Shown here piece after piece: positions 35,428-44,918 of a stretch of DNA of 64,000 nucleotides. The stretch's first letter is position 1. Every line of letters starts with the position of its first letter. This stretch comes from an uncultured Nitrososphaerota archaeon (lineage in GTDB: Archaea; Korarchaeota; Korarchaeia; Korarchaeales; Korarchaeaceae), in NCBI GenBank assembly GCA_964594835.1, contig CAZQNA010000004.1:64001-128000 (forward strand). The letters run 5' to 3'. The notes beneath the pieces are model-generated. The model worked only from the letters and a program-made list of their open reading frames with translations, searched no databases and was not told the DNA's origin. The position numbers and the translations under genes were made by a program.

Positions 35428-36841
35428 CCCCCAACCCGACGCCCCTCAGCCTAAGCGTGGGGCCGCCCGTCCAGACCGGCACGCCCTGCTCCGGATCGCC
35501 CTTGCCGCAGGTGGCCGCCTCGAACTCCAAGTCCCTGCCGGCGGCGTCCACGGCTGAGTAGAAGGCCGGCGTCGTCACCTCCAGGACAGGGTTTAGCACA
35601 GGCTCGGCAATCCTCCCTCCCCTGATGGCGTAGGCCTCGGAGCCCACGTACCTCTGGTTGTACCTGCGGTCGTCGATGTTCCACTCCATGAACCTCCTCA
35701 TGTAGACCCCCTCGGACACGCCCTCTATGAGCTCATCCACCGACATGTCTCCCGGCGCTATGTAGGTGTTGGCCATCCGCACTATCGGCTCCCGGTCGAA
35801 CCTGTTGGCCCTGGCCGCGGCGTTGCTGCCGACGCCGAACTCGGCGGCCGTCTCCCTGTTGTGGAGGAACTCGTTGATCACGCCCTCCCTCATCAGGACC
35901 CTGGGCCTCGCCCTGACCCCCTCGTGGTCGTAGAGGTAGAACCCGTAGCTGCCCGGGATCGTAGGGTCGTCTATCACGGTGACGACCGGCGAGCCGATCC
36001 TCTCCCCCAGCATATCGGGCCTCACGAACGACTCGCCAGCCTGGGCCGCCTCCCTCCCGAGTATGCGGTCGGCCTCGTACGGGTGTCCGGTCGACTCGTG
36101 GGCTATCAGGCCCGTAACCTGCGGACCGAGGACGACGTCCAACCTCGCGCCCCTGGGCGCAGGCACCCCCTTCTCCAGCCTCTGCCTCATCGAGTCCGCC
36201 AGGTAGGCCACCTTCTCCTCGAGCCCCCACCCATCGACCATCTCCCAGCCCCCGCTCCCCCCCGGCTGGGTGAACTCCTGGGTGGCCCCGGCCCCAGAGA
36301 CGTGGGTGAGCCTGACCATCATGGTCACCCGCCTCACGTCCCCGGTCACCCTGGCGCCCTCGCTGTTCACCACGTGCGTGGCCGACCTCGACGAGAGGAG
36401 CCAGAGCACCCTGGCCGTTATCCCCCTCTCGGCGGCGGGGGCGTCGACCGACCTCATGTACTCCACCCTCTCGTCCACCGGCACCTCCAGGGGGTCTCTC
36501 CTGTAGGGGGACGAGAATTCCGCGGTCTCAAACCTCTCCTCCGACAGCCTGGTTCTCTTCCCAGCCTTGGAAGCCGCCAGGGCGTTTCGGTGGGCCTCCT
36601 CCACTGCCTTCTCAATGGAGTCAGGTCTGTTCGTTGAGGCGAACCCCAGGCCCCCGTCCACGAGCATCCTCATGGAGATCCCCGCGAATGTGTCCAGGCC
36701 GAAGGCCTCCACCACCCCGTTTCGCATGAAGAGCCCGTCAGACGTGTCCACCTGGGCCCTGACCTCGAAGTACTCGGCGTTGTACCTCTTGGCTATCTCC
36801 AGGGCTCTGTCCACGTGAGTTAACAGACTCTCGAGCTCCAT
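35420..36841 (-). CDS. tldD: TldD family metalloprotease
   Basis: 'HESTGH', 'DDPT', 'YDHEG', 'RMANT', 'CGKG', 'GGP'. Confidence 0.9.
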   Translation of the reverse strand: MELESLLTHVDRALEIAKRYNAEYFEVRAQVDTSDGLFMRNGVVEAFGLDTFAGISMRMLVDGGLGFASTNRPDSIEKAVEEAHRNALAASKAGKRTRLSEERFETAEFSSPYRRDPLEVPVDERVEYMRSVDAPAAERGITARVLWLLSSRSATHVVNSEGARVTGDVRRVTMMVRLTHVSGAGATQEFTQPGGSGGWEMVDGWGLEEKVAYLADSMRQRLEKGVPAPRGARLDVVLGPQVTGLIAHESTGHPYEADRILGREAAQAGESFVRPDMLGERIGSPVVTVIDDPTIPGSYGFYLYDHEGVRARPRVLMREGVINEFLHNRETAAEFGVGSNAAARANRFDREPIVRMANTYIAPGDMSVDELIEGVSEGVYMRRFMEWNIDDRRYNQRYVGSEAYAIRGGRIAEPVLNPVLEVTTPAFYSAVDAAGRDLEFEAATCGKGDPEQGVPVWTGGPTLRLRGVGLGGV

Positions 36842-36895
36842 CGGGGCGGGCGAATCTCAGAGTTCAATAATAAGCTTCCCCGGGGCCTTCAGCTC

Positions 36896-37636
36896 ATGCC
36901 CGGCCGCGGCAGGCTCCTTCACCTGAGGTTGAGCGCCGAGGACGTCCCCGAGAGGGTGCTCCTCACGGGCGATCCGGGGAGGGTGGATCTCCTCTCCCAG
37001 CTCCTGGAGGATCCCAGCCTGGTTGCGCACAACAGGGAGTTCAAATCCGTAATCGGAGAATACGGCGGCGAGGAGGTCCTAGTGTGCTCAACCGGGATAG
37101 GCGCCCCCTCCGCGGCCATCGCGGTAAACGAGCTGCTCGAGGCGGGGGCCGAGGCGTTCGTCCGGGTCGGAACGACCGGGGCTCTCCAGAGGGGTATTGA
37201 GGTGGGATCCGTCGTCGTCCCCCACGGCGCAGTGAGGATGGAGGGGACCTCGGACTTCTACGCCTCCCCCGAGTACCCGGCGATCCCCGACCTCAGGATG
37301 ACCCTCTCTCTGGCCAGGGAGGCCAGGTTGTCCGGCCTGAGCGTCTACGAGGGAATAGTCGCCACGATGGACGCCTTCTACGTTGAGGAGGACTGGCTGC
37401 TGGAGGAGGCTGGCGAGCTGAACCTGGTGGCCGTCGAGATGGAGTGCAGCGTGCTATTCGTCCTGTCCCGACTGGCTGGGGCCAGGTCCGCCGCCATACT
37501 CGTGGTCGACGGGAACCTGGCGGAGGGCAGCGGGAAGGCGGACGTGAGGCTAGAGGAGTCAGAGATCCCCACCGAGGCGGGGGAGTCCCTCCTGCGCGCC
37601 GCCGAGGTGGCCCTCAGGGTCCTGACCTCCCGGTAG
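36896..37636 (+). CDS. nucleoside phosphorylase (uridine/purine, PNP_UDP_1 family)
   Basis: 'GDPGRV', 'REF', 'STGIGAPS', 'RVGTTG', 'VEME'. Confidence 0.9.
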   Translation: MPGRGRLLHLRLSAEDVPERVLLTGDPGRVDLLSQLLEDPSLVAHNREFKSVIGEYGGEEVLVCSTGIGAPSAAIAVNELLEAGAEAFVRVGTTGALQRGIEVGSVVVPHGAVRMEGTSDFYASPEYPAIPDLRMTLSLAREARLSGLSVYEGIVATMDAFYVEEDWLLEEAGELNLVAVEMECSVLFVLSRLAGARSAAILVVDGNLAEGSGKADVRLEESEIPTEAGESLLRAAEVALRVLTSR

Positions 37637-37691
37637 GGGCAAAGTCACCCAAGATTTTTATCTCCGGGATGATCCCGATTACCAGATCGCC

Positions 37692-38402
37692 ATGACTGGT
37701 TTCTGGGATCGCCTGGTTGCGAGCATAGAGGCGAAGCTCAACAGGCTTCTCGACCGCTTCGAGGACCCGAGGGAGCAGCTGGACTACGCCTACGACAAGC
37801 TGGTCCAGCAGCTCCACGACGTCGACATGGCCCTGGCGAGGGCCATAACCGCACGGAAGAAGCTGGAGTTCAACGCCGAGAGGATTAGGGAGAAGGTCCA
37901 GGACCTTGACGAGAAGGCCAGGAGAGCCCTGGAACTCGGGAGGGAGGACCTGGCCAAGAAGGCCCTGGAGAGGAAGCACGTCCTCCAGGCGGAGCTCCAG
38001 TCCCTTGAGAGAAAGATCGAGGAGATGAAGGAGGACGAGGAGAAGCTGAAGCAGGTGAGGGAGACGCTGCAGACCAGGGTGGAGCTGTTCCGCGCCAAGA
38101 AGGAGAAGCTCAAGGCCGAGTACGAGGTCTCCAAGGCCCAGGTCGAGGTGAAGGAGAGCCTCACCGGCCTCTCCGATGACATGCTCTCGGCGGCGAGGGC
38201 CATCGAGAGGGCGGAGAGCAAGGTCGAGGGAATGAGGGCTCGGGCGGCGGCCATAGACGAACTCGTGGCCGCCGGAGGGGAGCTGGACATACTGGAGCCG
38301 GAGGAGAGGGACGAGATAGAGAGGGAACTGAAGACCCTGGAGATCCAGAAGTCTGTCGAGGAGGACCTGGCGAGGCTGAAGCAGGAGCTGGGGAGGTCCT
38401 GA
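37692..38402 (+). CDS. pspA: PspA/IM30 (ESCRT-III superfamily) protein
   Basis: Amphipathic N-helix 'GFWDRL', 'EDP', 'A..AL..GREDLAK.AL.RK', 'ARAAAIDEL', 'VEEDLARLK'. Confidence 0.88.
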   Translation: MTGFWDRLVASIEAKLNRLLDRFEDPREQLDYAYDKLVQQLHDVDMALARAITARKKLEFNAERIREKVQDLDEKARRALELGREDLAKKALERKHVLQAELQSLERKIEEMKEDEEKLKQVRETLQTRVELFRAKKEKLKAEYEVSKAQVEVKESLTGLSDDMLSAARAIERAESKVEGMRARAAAIDELVAAGGELDILEPEERDEIERELKTLEIQKSVEEDLARLKQELGRS

Positions 38403-38412
38403 GGGGGATCGG

Positions 38413-38802
38413 ATGAGGGACGCCTCCTCACTCGCCCTCATCGGAGTCGCCGCCCTCTTCGGCCTGCTGGGGATAGTGTTCGCCGTGGCGGCGGCCTACA
38501 ATCCGGCGAGGGTGTTCCCCTCCCTCCTCTTTCTGTTCCTCGCGGGGACTTCGATCTACCTGCTGAGGATCAGGCAGAGGTCTGGGGTCGCGCTGGGTAG
38601 AATCGAGGCGGAGACCCTAAGGGTGGCCAGGGAGAAGGGGGGGAGGCTGACCCCCGAGGAGCTGGCCCTTGAACTCGGCATACCAGTCGATCTGGCCCTC
38701 AGCGTACTGAGGGGGCTGGAGAGGAAAGGGGTCGCCTACCTCGACTTCGAGCAGATAGAGGAGAGGGGAGTGGAGGTCTACCGCTTCCCAGCGCTGGGCT
38801 GA
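38413..38802 (+). CDS. two-TM membrane protein with C-terminal winged-helix-like domain
   Basis: Two hydrophobic segments, then 'LRVAREKGGRLTPEELALELGIP...VLRGLERKG....G..VYRFP'. Confidence 0.65.
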   Translation: MRDASSLALIGVAALFGLLGIVFAVAAAYNPARVFPSLLFLFLAGTSIYLLRIRQRSGVALGRIEAETLRVAREKGGRLTPEELALELGIPVDLALSVLRGLERKGVAYLDFEQIEERGVEVYRFPALG

Positions 38803-38810
38803 CCGTGTGA

Positions 38811-39137
38811 TCACAGGACCTTGCTGCCCGGCGGAACTTGACTGTCGGGCCTCAGCAGGACAGGCCTGCCGTTCACGTCGGCGGCCAGCAGCATCCCCTG
38901 CGACCACAGCCCCCTTATCTTCTTGGGCTGGAGGTTGGCCACAACGACGATCTGCGTCCCGATCAACTCTTCTGGAGAGTAGTACTGGGCTATCCCCGCA
39001 ACGATCTGCCTCTTCTCGCCTCCCAGGTCTATCTCGAGGACTAGAAGCTTGTCTGCACCCTCGACCCTCCTGGCCGAGGTGATCTGGGCCACGCGGAGGT
39101 CCAGCTTCGAGAAATCCTGGTACGAGACGAACTCCAT
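38811..39137 (-). CDS. tRNA-binding protein (Trbp111/CsaA/MetRS C-terminal OB-fold)
   Basis: 'DFSKLDLRV', 'ADKLL', 'RQIVAGI', 'NLQP', 'SQGMLL'. Confidence 0.9.
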   Translation of the reverse strand: MEFVSYQDFSKLDLRVAQITSARRVEGADKLLVLEIDLGGEKRQIVAGIAQYYSPEELIGTQIVVVANLQPKKIRGLWSQGMLLAADVNGRPVLLRPDSQVPPGSKVL

Positions 39138-39265
39138 GGTCGACCCCTCCAGCCCCGCGGGGACGCACTTAAATAGTGAGGCCCGGGAGTAGGCCGTGAG
39201 AAGGCGGGGCCCGAGGTCCGTCGACCTCAGGAGACCCCGTCGGATTGAAGGGAGTGAGCTGAGAT

Positions 39266-40540
39266 ATGAGTAAGATGTCAGTTTCCGTGCTCAGTGGACA
39301 CAATGAGGTGGGACGCTCGGCCGTCCTCGTCGAGGCGGGCGACACCAGGATACTCCTGGACTACGGGATGAAGCTGGTTCCCAAGAGCCAGCCGCTCTTC
39401 CCGCCCGAGGTGGAGGATGTCGACGCCGTCCTGCTCTCGCATGCCCACCTGGACCACTCGGGCGCCATACCGGCCCTCTTCAGGTCCAGGGGGAGGTGGC
39501 CAAAGGTCTACTCCCTGGACATAACCAGGGACTACAGCGATGTCCTGCTGGCGGACGCCATCAAGGTGGCGAAGGCCAGGGGGCACACCCTCCCGTACGG
39601 TATGAGGGAGGTCAGGCAGGCCCTCGCCAACTTCAGACACGTGGAGTTCGGCGTGCCGTTCAGGGTCGGGGACGTCGAGGTCACGGCCTACAACGCCGGC
39701 CACATACCGGGCAGCGCCATGTTCTACCTCAGGCACGACGGCAGGTCCATCCTCTACACGGGGGACCTCAACATGCGCGAGACCAGGCTCATGCCCCCCG
39801 CAGACACCTCCATCCCAAAGGTCGACCTCCTCATCATGGAGTCCACCTACGCCTTCAAGGAGCACCCCCGGAGGGAGGGGCAGGAGATGCTCCTGAGGGA
39901 GGTCGTGGACGAGACCCTCAAGAGCGGGGGCGTTGCGGTCATAGCCGGATTCGCCATAGGGAGGCTCCTGGAGATAGCCATGGCCCTAAAGGCCAGGGGG
40001 TTCAGGGGGAGGATGTACCTGGACGGGATGGCGAGGAGGGGCGTCGAGATAACCGACGCCTACCCCGACAGGGTCAGGGACCCGGATGTCCTGAGGTACG
40101 TGGAGAGGTTTATAAAGCCCGTGGACGGGTGGAGGCTGAGGAAGAAGCTCGTCAGGAGGCCCAACGTGATACTCACCACCTCTGGCATGCTTGAGGGCGG
40201 GCCGGTACACTTCTACCTGAAGGAGCTGAAGGACGACACCAACAGCTCGGTCACGCTCACGGGCTACCAGATCGAGGGAACAGAGGGCAGGAGGCTCATA
40301 GAGGAGGGCAGGATGACCATAGACGGAGAGGAGGTTGAGATCCAGATGAAGGTGAACCAGCTTAACTTCTCCGCCCACGCCAGCGACAGCGGACTGAGGA
40401 CGTTCGTCAAGAGGCTGGAGCCAGAGGCCATAATGACCATTCACGGCGAGCATTCCGCCAGGTTCGCCAGGGAGCTGACGGAGGAGTTCGGGATATCGGC
40501 CGTCTCGCCCTCTGAGGCTGGCGAGGAGATCCTGGTCTAA
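39266..40540 (+). CDS. beta-CASP metallo-beta-lactamase ribonuclease (aCPSF-type, no KH domains)
   Basis: 'EVGRS', 'SHAHLDHSG', 'AGHIPGS', 'YTGD', 'MESTY', 'SGMLEGG', 'GYQ', 'FSAHA', 'HGE'. Confidence 0.9.
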   Translation: MSKMSVSVLSGHNEVGRSAVLVEAGDTRILLDYGMKLVPKSQPLFPPEVEDVDAVLLSHAHLDHSGAIPALFRSRGRWPKVYSLDITRDYSDVLLADAIKVAKARGHTLPYGMREVRQALANFRHVEFGVPFRVGDVEVTAYNAGHIPGSAMFYLRHDGRSILYTGDLNMRETRLMPPADTSIPKVDLLIMESTYAFKEHPRREGQEMLLREVVDETLKSGGVAVIAGFAIGRLLEIAMALKARGFRGRMYLDGMARRGVEITDAYPDRVRDPDVLRYVERFIKPVDGWRLRKKLVRRPNVILTTSGMLEGGPVHFYLKELKDDTNSSVTLTGYQIEGTEGRRLIEEGRMTIDGEEVEIQMKVNQLNFSAHASDSGLRTFVKRLEPEAIMTIHGEHSARFARELTEEFGISAVSPSEAGEEILV

Positions 40541-41655
40541 GCCTGGAGGTTCCTCTCTCCCCTCCCTCCGCCCCTCTCAGCCACGTAGTCCAGGGGGTAC
40601 TCGGCCAGGACCATCCTGTCGTCCAGGGGGGCGACCTCGACGAGCCCGCCGTCGAGGCCTAGGGACCTGAACTCCTTCGCCAGGTCCATCAGGGCCTCCG
40701 GGGCCACCCTGATCTCCCCCGGCGCGACGGCTATTCGCTCCCCGGGTACGCCTCTCTCCCTCATGATCTCGAGGGCGCGGGAGAGGGCCCTCTCGTCGCC
40801 TCGGAGGACCCCGTAGACGAGCGACCCCCTCTCCTCTGGGGACTCGTAGGGCCTCGCCACGTTCCTGGCGCGTCTCCGCCACCTCATCCACATCTGGTGG
40901 TCCTTCTGGTCCGCCGGACAGAAGTACCCCGCTATGCCCGTCTCCTCCTCCAGGAACTCCAGGACCCTCCTGGCGGCCTCCCTGCTCCCCGCCGCGGCGA
41001 CCTCGCTGTCCGGCCTGGGCCTGAAGCCCATGGCCAGGAGGGACTTCCTGTTTCCCTCGGTGAACTCGAGCTCGTTCAGGTTGAGGAAATCAGCCCCCAC
41101 GGAGTCCAGGTACAGAGCCAGGTCCTTCAGGCGATTCTCCCACGGGGAGCCCGGGATTGCCGGCATCTCGGCCCCGACCCGGAGACCGAGGTCCACGGCG
41201 AGCTCGATCTTCCGCCAGCCCTCCTCATCCCAGACGTGGAACCTTATCTCGTCCAGGCCGGCGTCGGCCCACCTGGCCAGGACCTCCTCCGATATCCCGA
41301 CGCCGTTGGTGTAGAGGTGGGCGTGAAACCCGGCCCCGAACTCCCCCTTCAACAGCCTCAGATAGCGCTCCACCCTCTCGGGAACCACTGAGGGCTCCCC
41401 TCCGGTTATTCCGACTCCCTCCGCCTCGATGAGCCTGGCCTCCCTCAGCACGTCTTCGTCGGAACCTACCTCGACCTCGTCGGCGTAGACCACGTCTCTG
41501 TTCCTCCGCCACGGGGATATGGTGCAGTAGGGGCACTCTCGATACTTCGGGCACGCCCCGGTCACGAAGAGGACCATCTTCGCCCCTCTCCAGCATATGT
41601 CGCAGCCCCTGCTCCAACCCCTGACCCTCAGGGCCCCCAGGTCAAGTTCCTCCGT
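40537..41655 (-). CDS. radical SAM protein (archaeal COG2108-like); start uncertain
   Basis: 'GCDIC..GAKMVLFVTGAC.....CPYC', 'ITGGEP', 'HLYT', 'GLDEIRFH', 'NLNELE'. Confidence 0.8.
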   Translation of the reverse strand, partial: TEELDLGALRVRGWSRGCDICWRGAKMVLFVTGACPKYRECPYCTISPWRRNRDVVYADEVEVGSDEDVLREARLIEAEGVGITGGEPSVVPERVERYLRLLKGEFGAGFHAHLYTNGVGISEEVLARWADAGLDEIRFHVWDEEGWRKIELAVDLGLRVGAEMPAIPGSPWENRLKDLALYLDSVGADFLNLNELEFTEGNRKSLLAMGFRPRPDSEVAAAGSREAARRVLEFLEEETGIAGYFCPADQKDHQMWMRWRRRARNVARPYESPEERGSLVYGVLRGDERALSRALEIMRERGVPGERIAVAPGEIRVAPEALMDLAKEFRSLGLDGGLVEVAPLDDRMVLAEYPLDYVAERGGGRGERNLQA

Positions 41656-41669
41656 GGCGGACCTCCTCC

Positions 41670-41906
41670 CTAGAGTCTCTTTCTCACCACCACCCTCCAG
41701 TACCCACCCTCGTCCTGAACACGCATCACCCTGTTCCCCGTCCTCTCCGCCCACCTCTGGATGTCCTCCAGCGACCTAAGGTCGTCTATCAGGAACTCGG
41801 CGCTGGTGCCCGGCTTGATCTTCTTCACGACCTTGGCGACCCTCACGACCGGGAGGGGCGACTTCCTCCCCCTGAGGTCCACTCTGGGCGGGGACGCTCT
41901 TGCCAT
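41670..41906 (-). CDS. TusA/SirA-like protein with the catalytic Cys replaced by Ser
   Basis: 'VDLRG..SPLP...KK.KPG....L.DD..S..DI..W....G' matches the TusA fold; CPxP reads SPLP (TCG codon). Confidence 0.75.
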   Translation of the reverse strand: MARASPPRVDLRGRKSPLPVVRVAKVVKKIKPGTSAEFLIDDLRSLEDIQRWAERTGNRVMRVQDEGGYWRVVVRKRL

Positions 41907-41928
41907 CTGCGGCCCGGACCCACCCTTG

Positions 41929-42471
41929 CTAATTTACTTGCCTCACCCTGCTCCCCAGCGCCCTCCTCACCCTGTCCTGGGTGGCCGCCCTCGAAGTCGG
42001 CTTGTACATCAGGTATGCGTCCTCGCCGTCGGCGTAGTAGAGAGGTATGACCCCCAGAACGTCGTAGCCGATCTTCCTGTAGAGGGAGACAGCGGGGCGG
42101 TTGGACACCCTCACCTCCAGGTACATTAGGTCGATGCCCCTCTCCTCCACCAGGTTCCTCTCGGCCTGCAGCATGAGCCTCGTCCCTATTCCCCTCCTCC
42201 TGTGGGCCCTGTCCACCGCGACCGAGAGGACGTGACCCATCCGAAGGGTCACGTCGTCCGTGAACCTCGTCTCGACCCTGCACATTATGTAGCCCACCAC
42301 CCCCCCGCCGGGACCCTCGGCGACGAGGAAGCCCTCGGGGCACCTCCTGTAGTTCTCCACGAAGAAGTAGGAGGGGTAGTTCTCGGGGAGGAAGACCCTG
42401 TTCAGCCTGACCACGCTGCTCAGGTCCTCTGAAGGGTCGAAGCGGCGTATCCTGTACTCGCCCCCCTCCAA
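41929..42471 (-). CDS. ard1: N-terminal acetyltransferase Ard1/RimI (GNAT)
   Basis: 'LPENY', 'GYIMCRVE', 'GHVLSVAV...RRRGIG', 'LEVRVSN', 'YYADGEDAYLM'. Confidence 0.9.
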   Translation of the reverse strand: MEGGEYRIRRFDPSEDLSSVVRLNRVFLPENYPSYFFVENYRRCPEGFLVAEGPGGGVVGYIMCRVETRFTDDVTLRMGHVLSVAVDRAHRRRGIGTRLMLQAERNLVEERGIDLMYLEVRVSNRPAVSLYRKIGYDVLGVIPLYYADGEDAYLMYKPTSRAATQDRVRRALGSRVRQVN

Positions 42472-42541
42472 CGGATCCCCTCACCCCGCCGCATCCTGCG
42501 ACATTTTTAACCCCCCACGCGGGCGATGTATCGGAAAGGCG

Positions 42542-43642
42542 ATGTTCGAGCCCCTCTTCGACGATCCGATCAGGGCCGTGTCGAAGCACTTCCAGGTCCT
42601 GGACGTCAGGGAGGTCGGAGGAGGATACGACTTCCTCGTGACCCCCCTCCCGGGATCCGACGTGAAGAGCGAGTTTCGACTCCTCGTGAACGATCTGAGC
42701 GACATGGACATGCTGCCCAAGCTGGTTCGCTCCAGGGAGGGCCCCTACCTCCTGCTGGTCAGGAGGATCAGGAGGCCGGGGCCGCTTGCGGCCTGGAAGA
42801 GCCTCCTCTCCCTAGCGGTGAGCGCCGCCACAGTCTGGATCAGCGGCTCGATGCTGTCCTCCAGCTTCAGGGACCTCGTGACCAGGGTGGACGTCCAGTT
42901 CATCAGCGAGCTCGGGAGGTCCATGAGGCTCATCGACCCGATCTTCTTCGTCATCCCCCTGTTCGCCATCCTGGGGATCCACGAGTTCGGCCACATGCTG
43001 GCGACCCGCAGGTGGGGCGGGGAGTGGGAGCCCCCCGTGTTCATTCCGGGCCCGCCGCCGCTGGGCACATTCGGGGCCGTGATAAGGAGCGCCAAGGTCC
43101 CCGTGAACCGGGACGAGGTGTTCGACATGGGCCTGTCCGGCCCGATCTCTGGCTTCATACCCGCCGTCGCCGTGACCGTCCTGGGTCTCCTGACCTCGCC
43201 GGTCCTCCCCTCAGAGGTCGCAGTTCAGCTGTCCAAGCAGGAGGGCCTTCAGTTCGTCCCCACGCCCCTCCTCTTCGGACTCATCCAGAGGGGCCTGTCG
43301 GTCCCGGAGGGAACAGCCGTCATAATGTCCCCGATAGCCTTTGCCGGTTGGGCGGGCCTAATACTGACGTTTCTAAACCTCCTACCGGCGGGTCAGCTCG
43401 ATGGGGGGCACGTGGTGTACGCGCTGGTCCCTAACGCCAGGCTAAGGTCAGTCCTGGGCCTCACGGCGGTCCTCGTCGCGATGCTCTACAGCCCCTTCAT
43501 GGCGCTCCTCGTCGCCCTGTTCACCTTCACAAGGCACCCTCCGCCCCTGGACGAGGTCAGCCCCCTGTCCACGTCCAGGAAGGTGGCGGGACTCGCGATC
43601 TACCTGGCGGTCCTCCTGCTCACGGCCCCGGTTCCCCTGTGA
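42542..43642 (+). CDS. site-2 protease (peptidase M50)
   Basis: HEFGH, 'GTFGAVI', 'GPISG', 'NLLPAGQLDGGH', multiple TM helices. Confidence 0.92.
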   Translation: MFEPLFDDPIRAVSKHFQVLDVREVGGGYDFLVTPLPGSDVKSEFRLLVNDLSDMDMLPKLVRSREGPYLLLVRRIRRPGPLAAWKSLLSLAVSAATVWISGSMLSSSFRDLVTRVDVQFISELGRSMRLIDPIFFVIPLFAILGIHEFGHMLATRRWGGEWEPPVFIPGPPPLGTFGAVIRSAKVPVNRDEVFDMGLSGPISGFIPAVAVTVLGLLTSPVLPSEVAVQLSKQEGLQFVPTPLLFGLIQRGLSVPEGTAVIMSPIAFAGWAGLILTFLNLLPAGQLDGGHVVYALVPNARLRSVLGLTAVLVAMLYSPFMALLVALFTFTRHPPPLDEVSPLSTSRKVAGLAIYLAVLLLTAPVPL

Positions 43643-44099
43643 CTCCGGGCGCGGGGTCGAAGCGCGGGGCCGCGATGCCCCTCCTCAGACTCTCCTCCAT
43701 CATGCAGACGCCCCATACCACCTTCATTCCGGCCCTCAAGCAGGTCAGGATTGCCTCCTCGTCCTCAGATCCCGGCTGGAACCAGATCCTCTCCAGACCA
43801 AGCCTGACCGCCTCCGACGCAACGCTCCGGCTCACCTCGGGAGGGACCACGACGTTGACCACGTCGGGCCTCTCCGGGAGGCTGCCCAGCGAGGGGTAGG
43901 CCCTGTCACCGTCTATGGAATCGGCCCTCGGGTTCACGGGGTAGACCCTCCTGTACCCGGCCTCCTTGAAGAATCTGTACAGCCTGTAGCCCCACTTCTC
44001 CGGGTTTCTGGATGCCCCCACCACGGCCACGACGTTGTTCACGTTCAAGAAATCGTCTAGGAGCTCTGAGAGGTTCTCTGGAATGCGGGGGAGTCCCAT
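43620..44099 (-). CDS. CoA-binding protein (YccU-like)
   Basis: 'VAVVGAS..PEK', 'PVNP', 'WFQPG', 'CM'; ATG at 44099 preferred. Confidence 0.88.
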   Translation of the reverse strand: MGLPRIPENLSELLDDFLNVNNVVAVVGASRNPEKWGYRLYRFFKEAGYRRVYPVNPRADSIDGDRAYPSLGSLPERPDVVNVVVPPEVSRSVASEAVRLGLERIWFQPGSEDEEAILTCLRAGMKVVWGVCMMEESLRRGIAAPRFDPAPGVTGEPGP

Positions 44100-44193
44100 T
44101 TTCGGCTCCCGTCCCGGGCTGGGACGGCGGGTATATAAGCGGATCGGCTCCGCAAACCTCATATAGGCGGGGCGGGGGACCTCACCGATCGGC

Positions 44194-44433
44194 ATGAGTT
44201 CGCAGGTCGCGGAGAAGAAGGTGCGGGCCCCGGACGTCACTCCAGAGCTCCTAGAGGAGATAAAGAAGTACGTCCAGCGGGCGAAGGTCGTCACTCCCCA
44301 GTCGCTGGCGATCAAGTACGACGTAAGGGTCAGCGTGGCCAAGAGGCTCCTCCGTCAGTTTGAGAGGGACGGGCTGGTCGTCTACGTGGATGGAAACTCC
44401 AAGCTCAGGATATACCGGGGCGCCAAGGCGTAG
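44194..44433 (+). CDS. rps25e: 30S ribosomal protein S25e
   Basis: 'KVVTP..LA.KY.VRVSVAKRLLR.....G........LRIY' winged-helix pattern, 79 aa, basic. Confidence 0.85.
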   Translation: MSSQVAEKKVRAPDVTPELLEEIKKYVQRAKVVTPQSLAIKYDVRVSVAKRLLRQFERDGLVVYVDGNSKLRIYRGAKA

Positions 44434-44516
44434 GGCCGGGCCCCGACCTGGGGCGAGTTTTTTATGGAGCCCAGCCCAATACCATAGGCAGGCCCCGCTT
44501 TTTCGCCGCCCGGGAG

Positions 44517-44918
44517 GTGTGGGGGCTGGTTGAGTCAGTTGAGAGCTACTTGGTAGAGGTTGCGATGCCCTCCGGCACAGCTGAGGTGGAGATAAAGAGG
44601 CACCTGTCGCCTCTGACCGCCGAGAGGCTGTACAGGAGTCTGCCGAAGAGTGCTCTGGTGGTCAGGGACGGTCCGAAGGTCTACCTCTTCGTCGAGATGA
44701 CCGCCAAGCTCGAGAAGGGCAGGAGGGAGCTTCGCAGGGGAGACGTGGCGTTCGTGCCCTCCAAGGGAGCCCTCCTAATAGCCCTCCGGAGGATGAGGCT
44801 CCCCTCCCCGGTGCTGATCCTGGGTGAGGTCGTGTCGGGCCTTGAGGTCCTTGAGTCGGCGGTGACCGGACAGACCGCCGAGGTTAGGAGGAAGGAGAAC
44901 CGTGATGAGGGGAGTTGA
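44517..44918 (+). CDS. cyclophilin-like fold protein (TM1367-like)
   Basis: 'RHLSPLT...L...LP', 'EK......GDVAF.P', 'LG.V..G.E.L'. Confidence 0.7.
   Translation: MWGLVESVESYLVEVAMPSGTAEVEIKRHLSPLTAERLYRSLPKSALVVRDGPKVYLFVEMTAKLEKGRRELRRGDVAFVPSKGALLIALRRMRLPSPVLILGEVVSGLEVLESAVTGQTAEVRRKENRDEGS

Noticed and set aside
39170-39265. Structured leader (GAGGTC-CGTC-GACCTC hairpin) before the beta-CASP nuclease
   Set aside because: A 6-bp hairpin is expected by chance in GC-rich DNA; no other support.
41850-41870. Selenocysteine recoding at the TusA active site
   Set aside because: The codon is TCG (Ser), not TGA.
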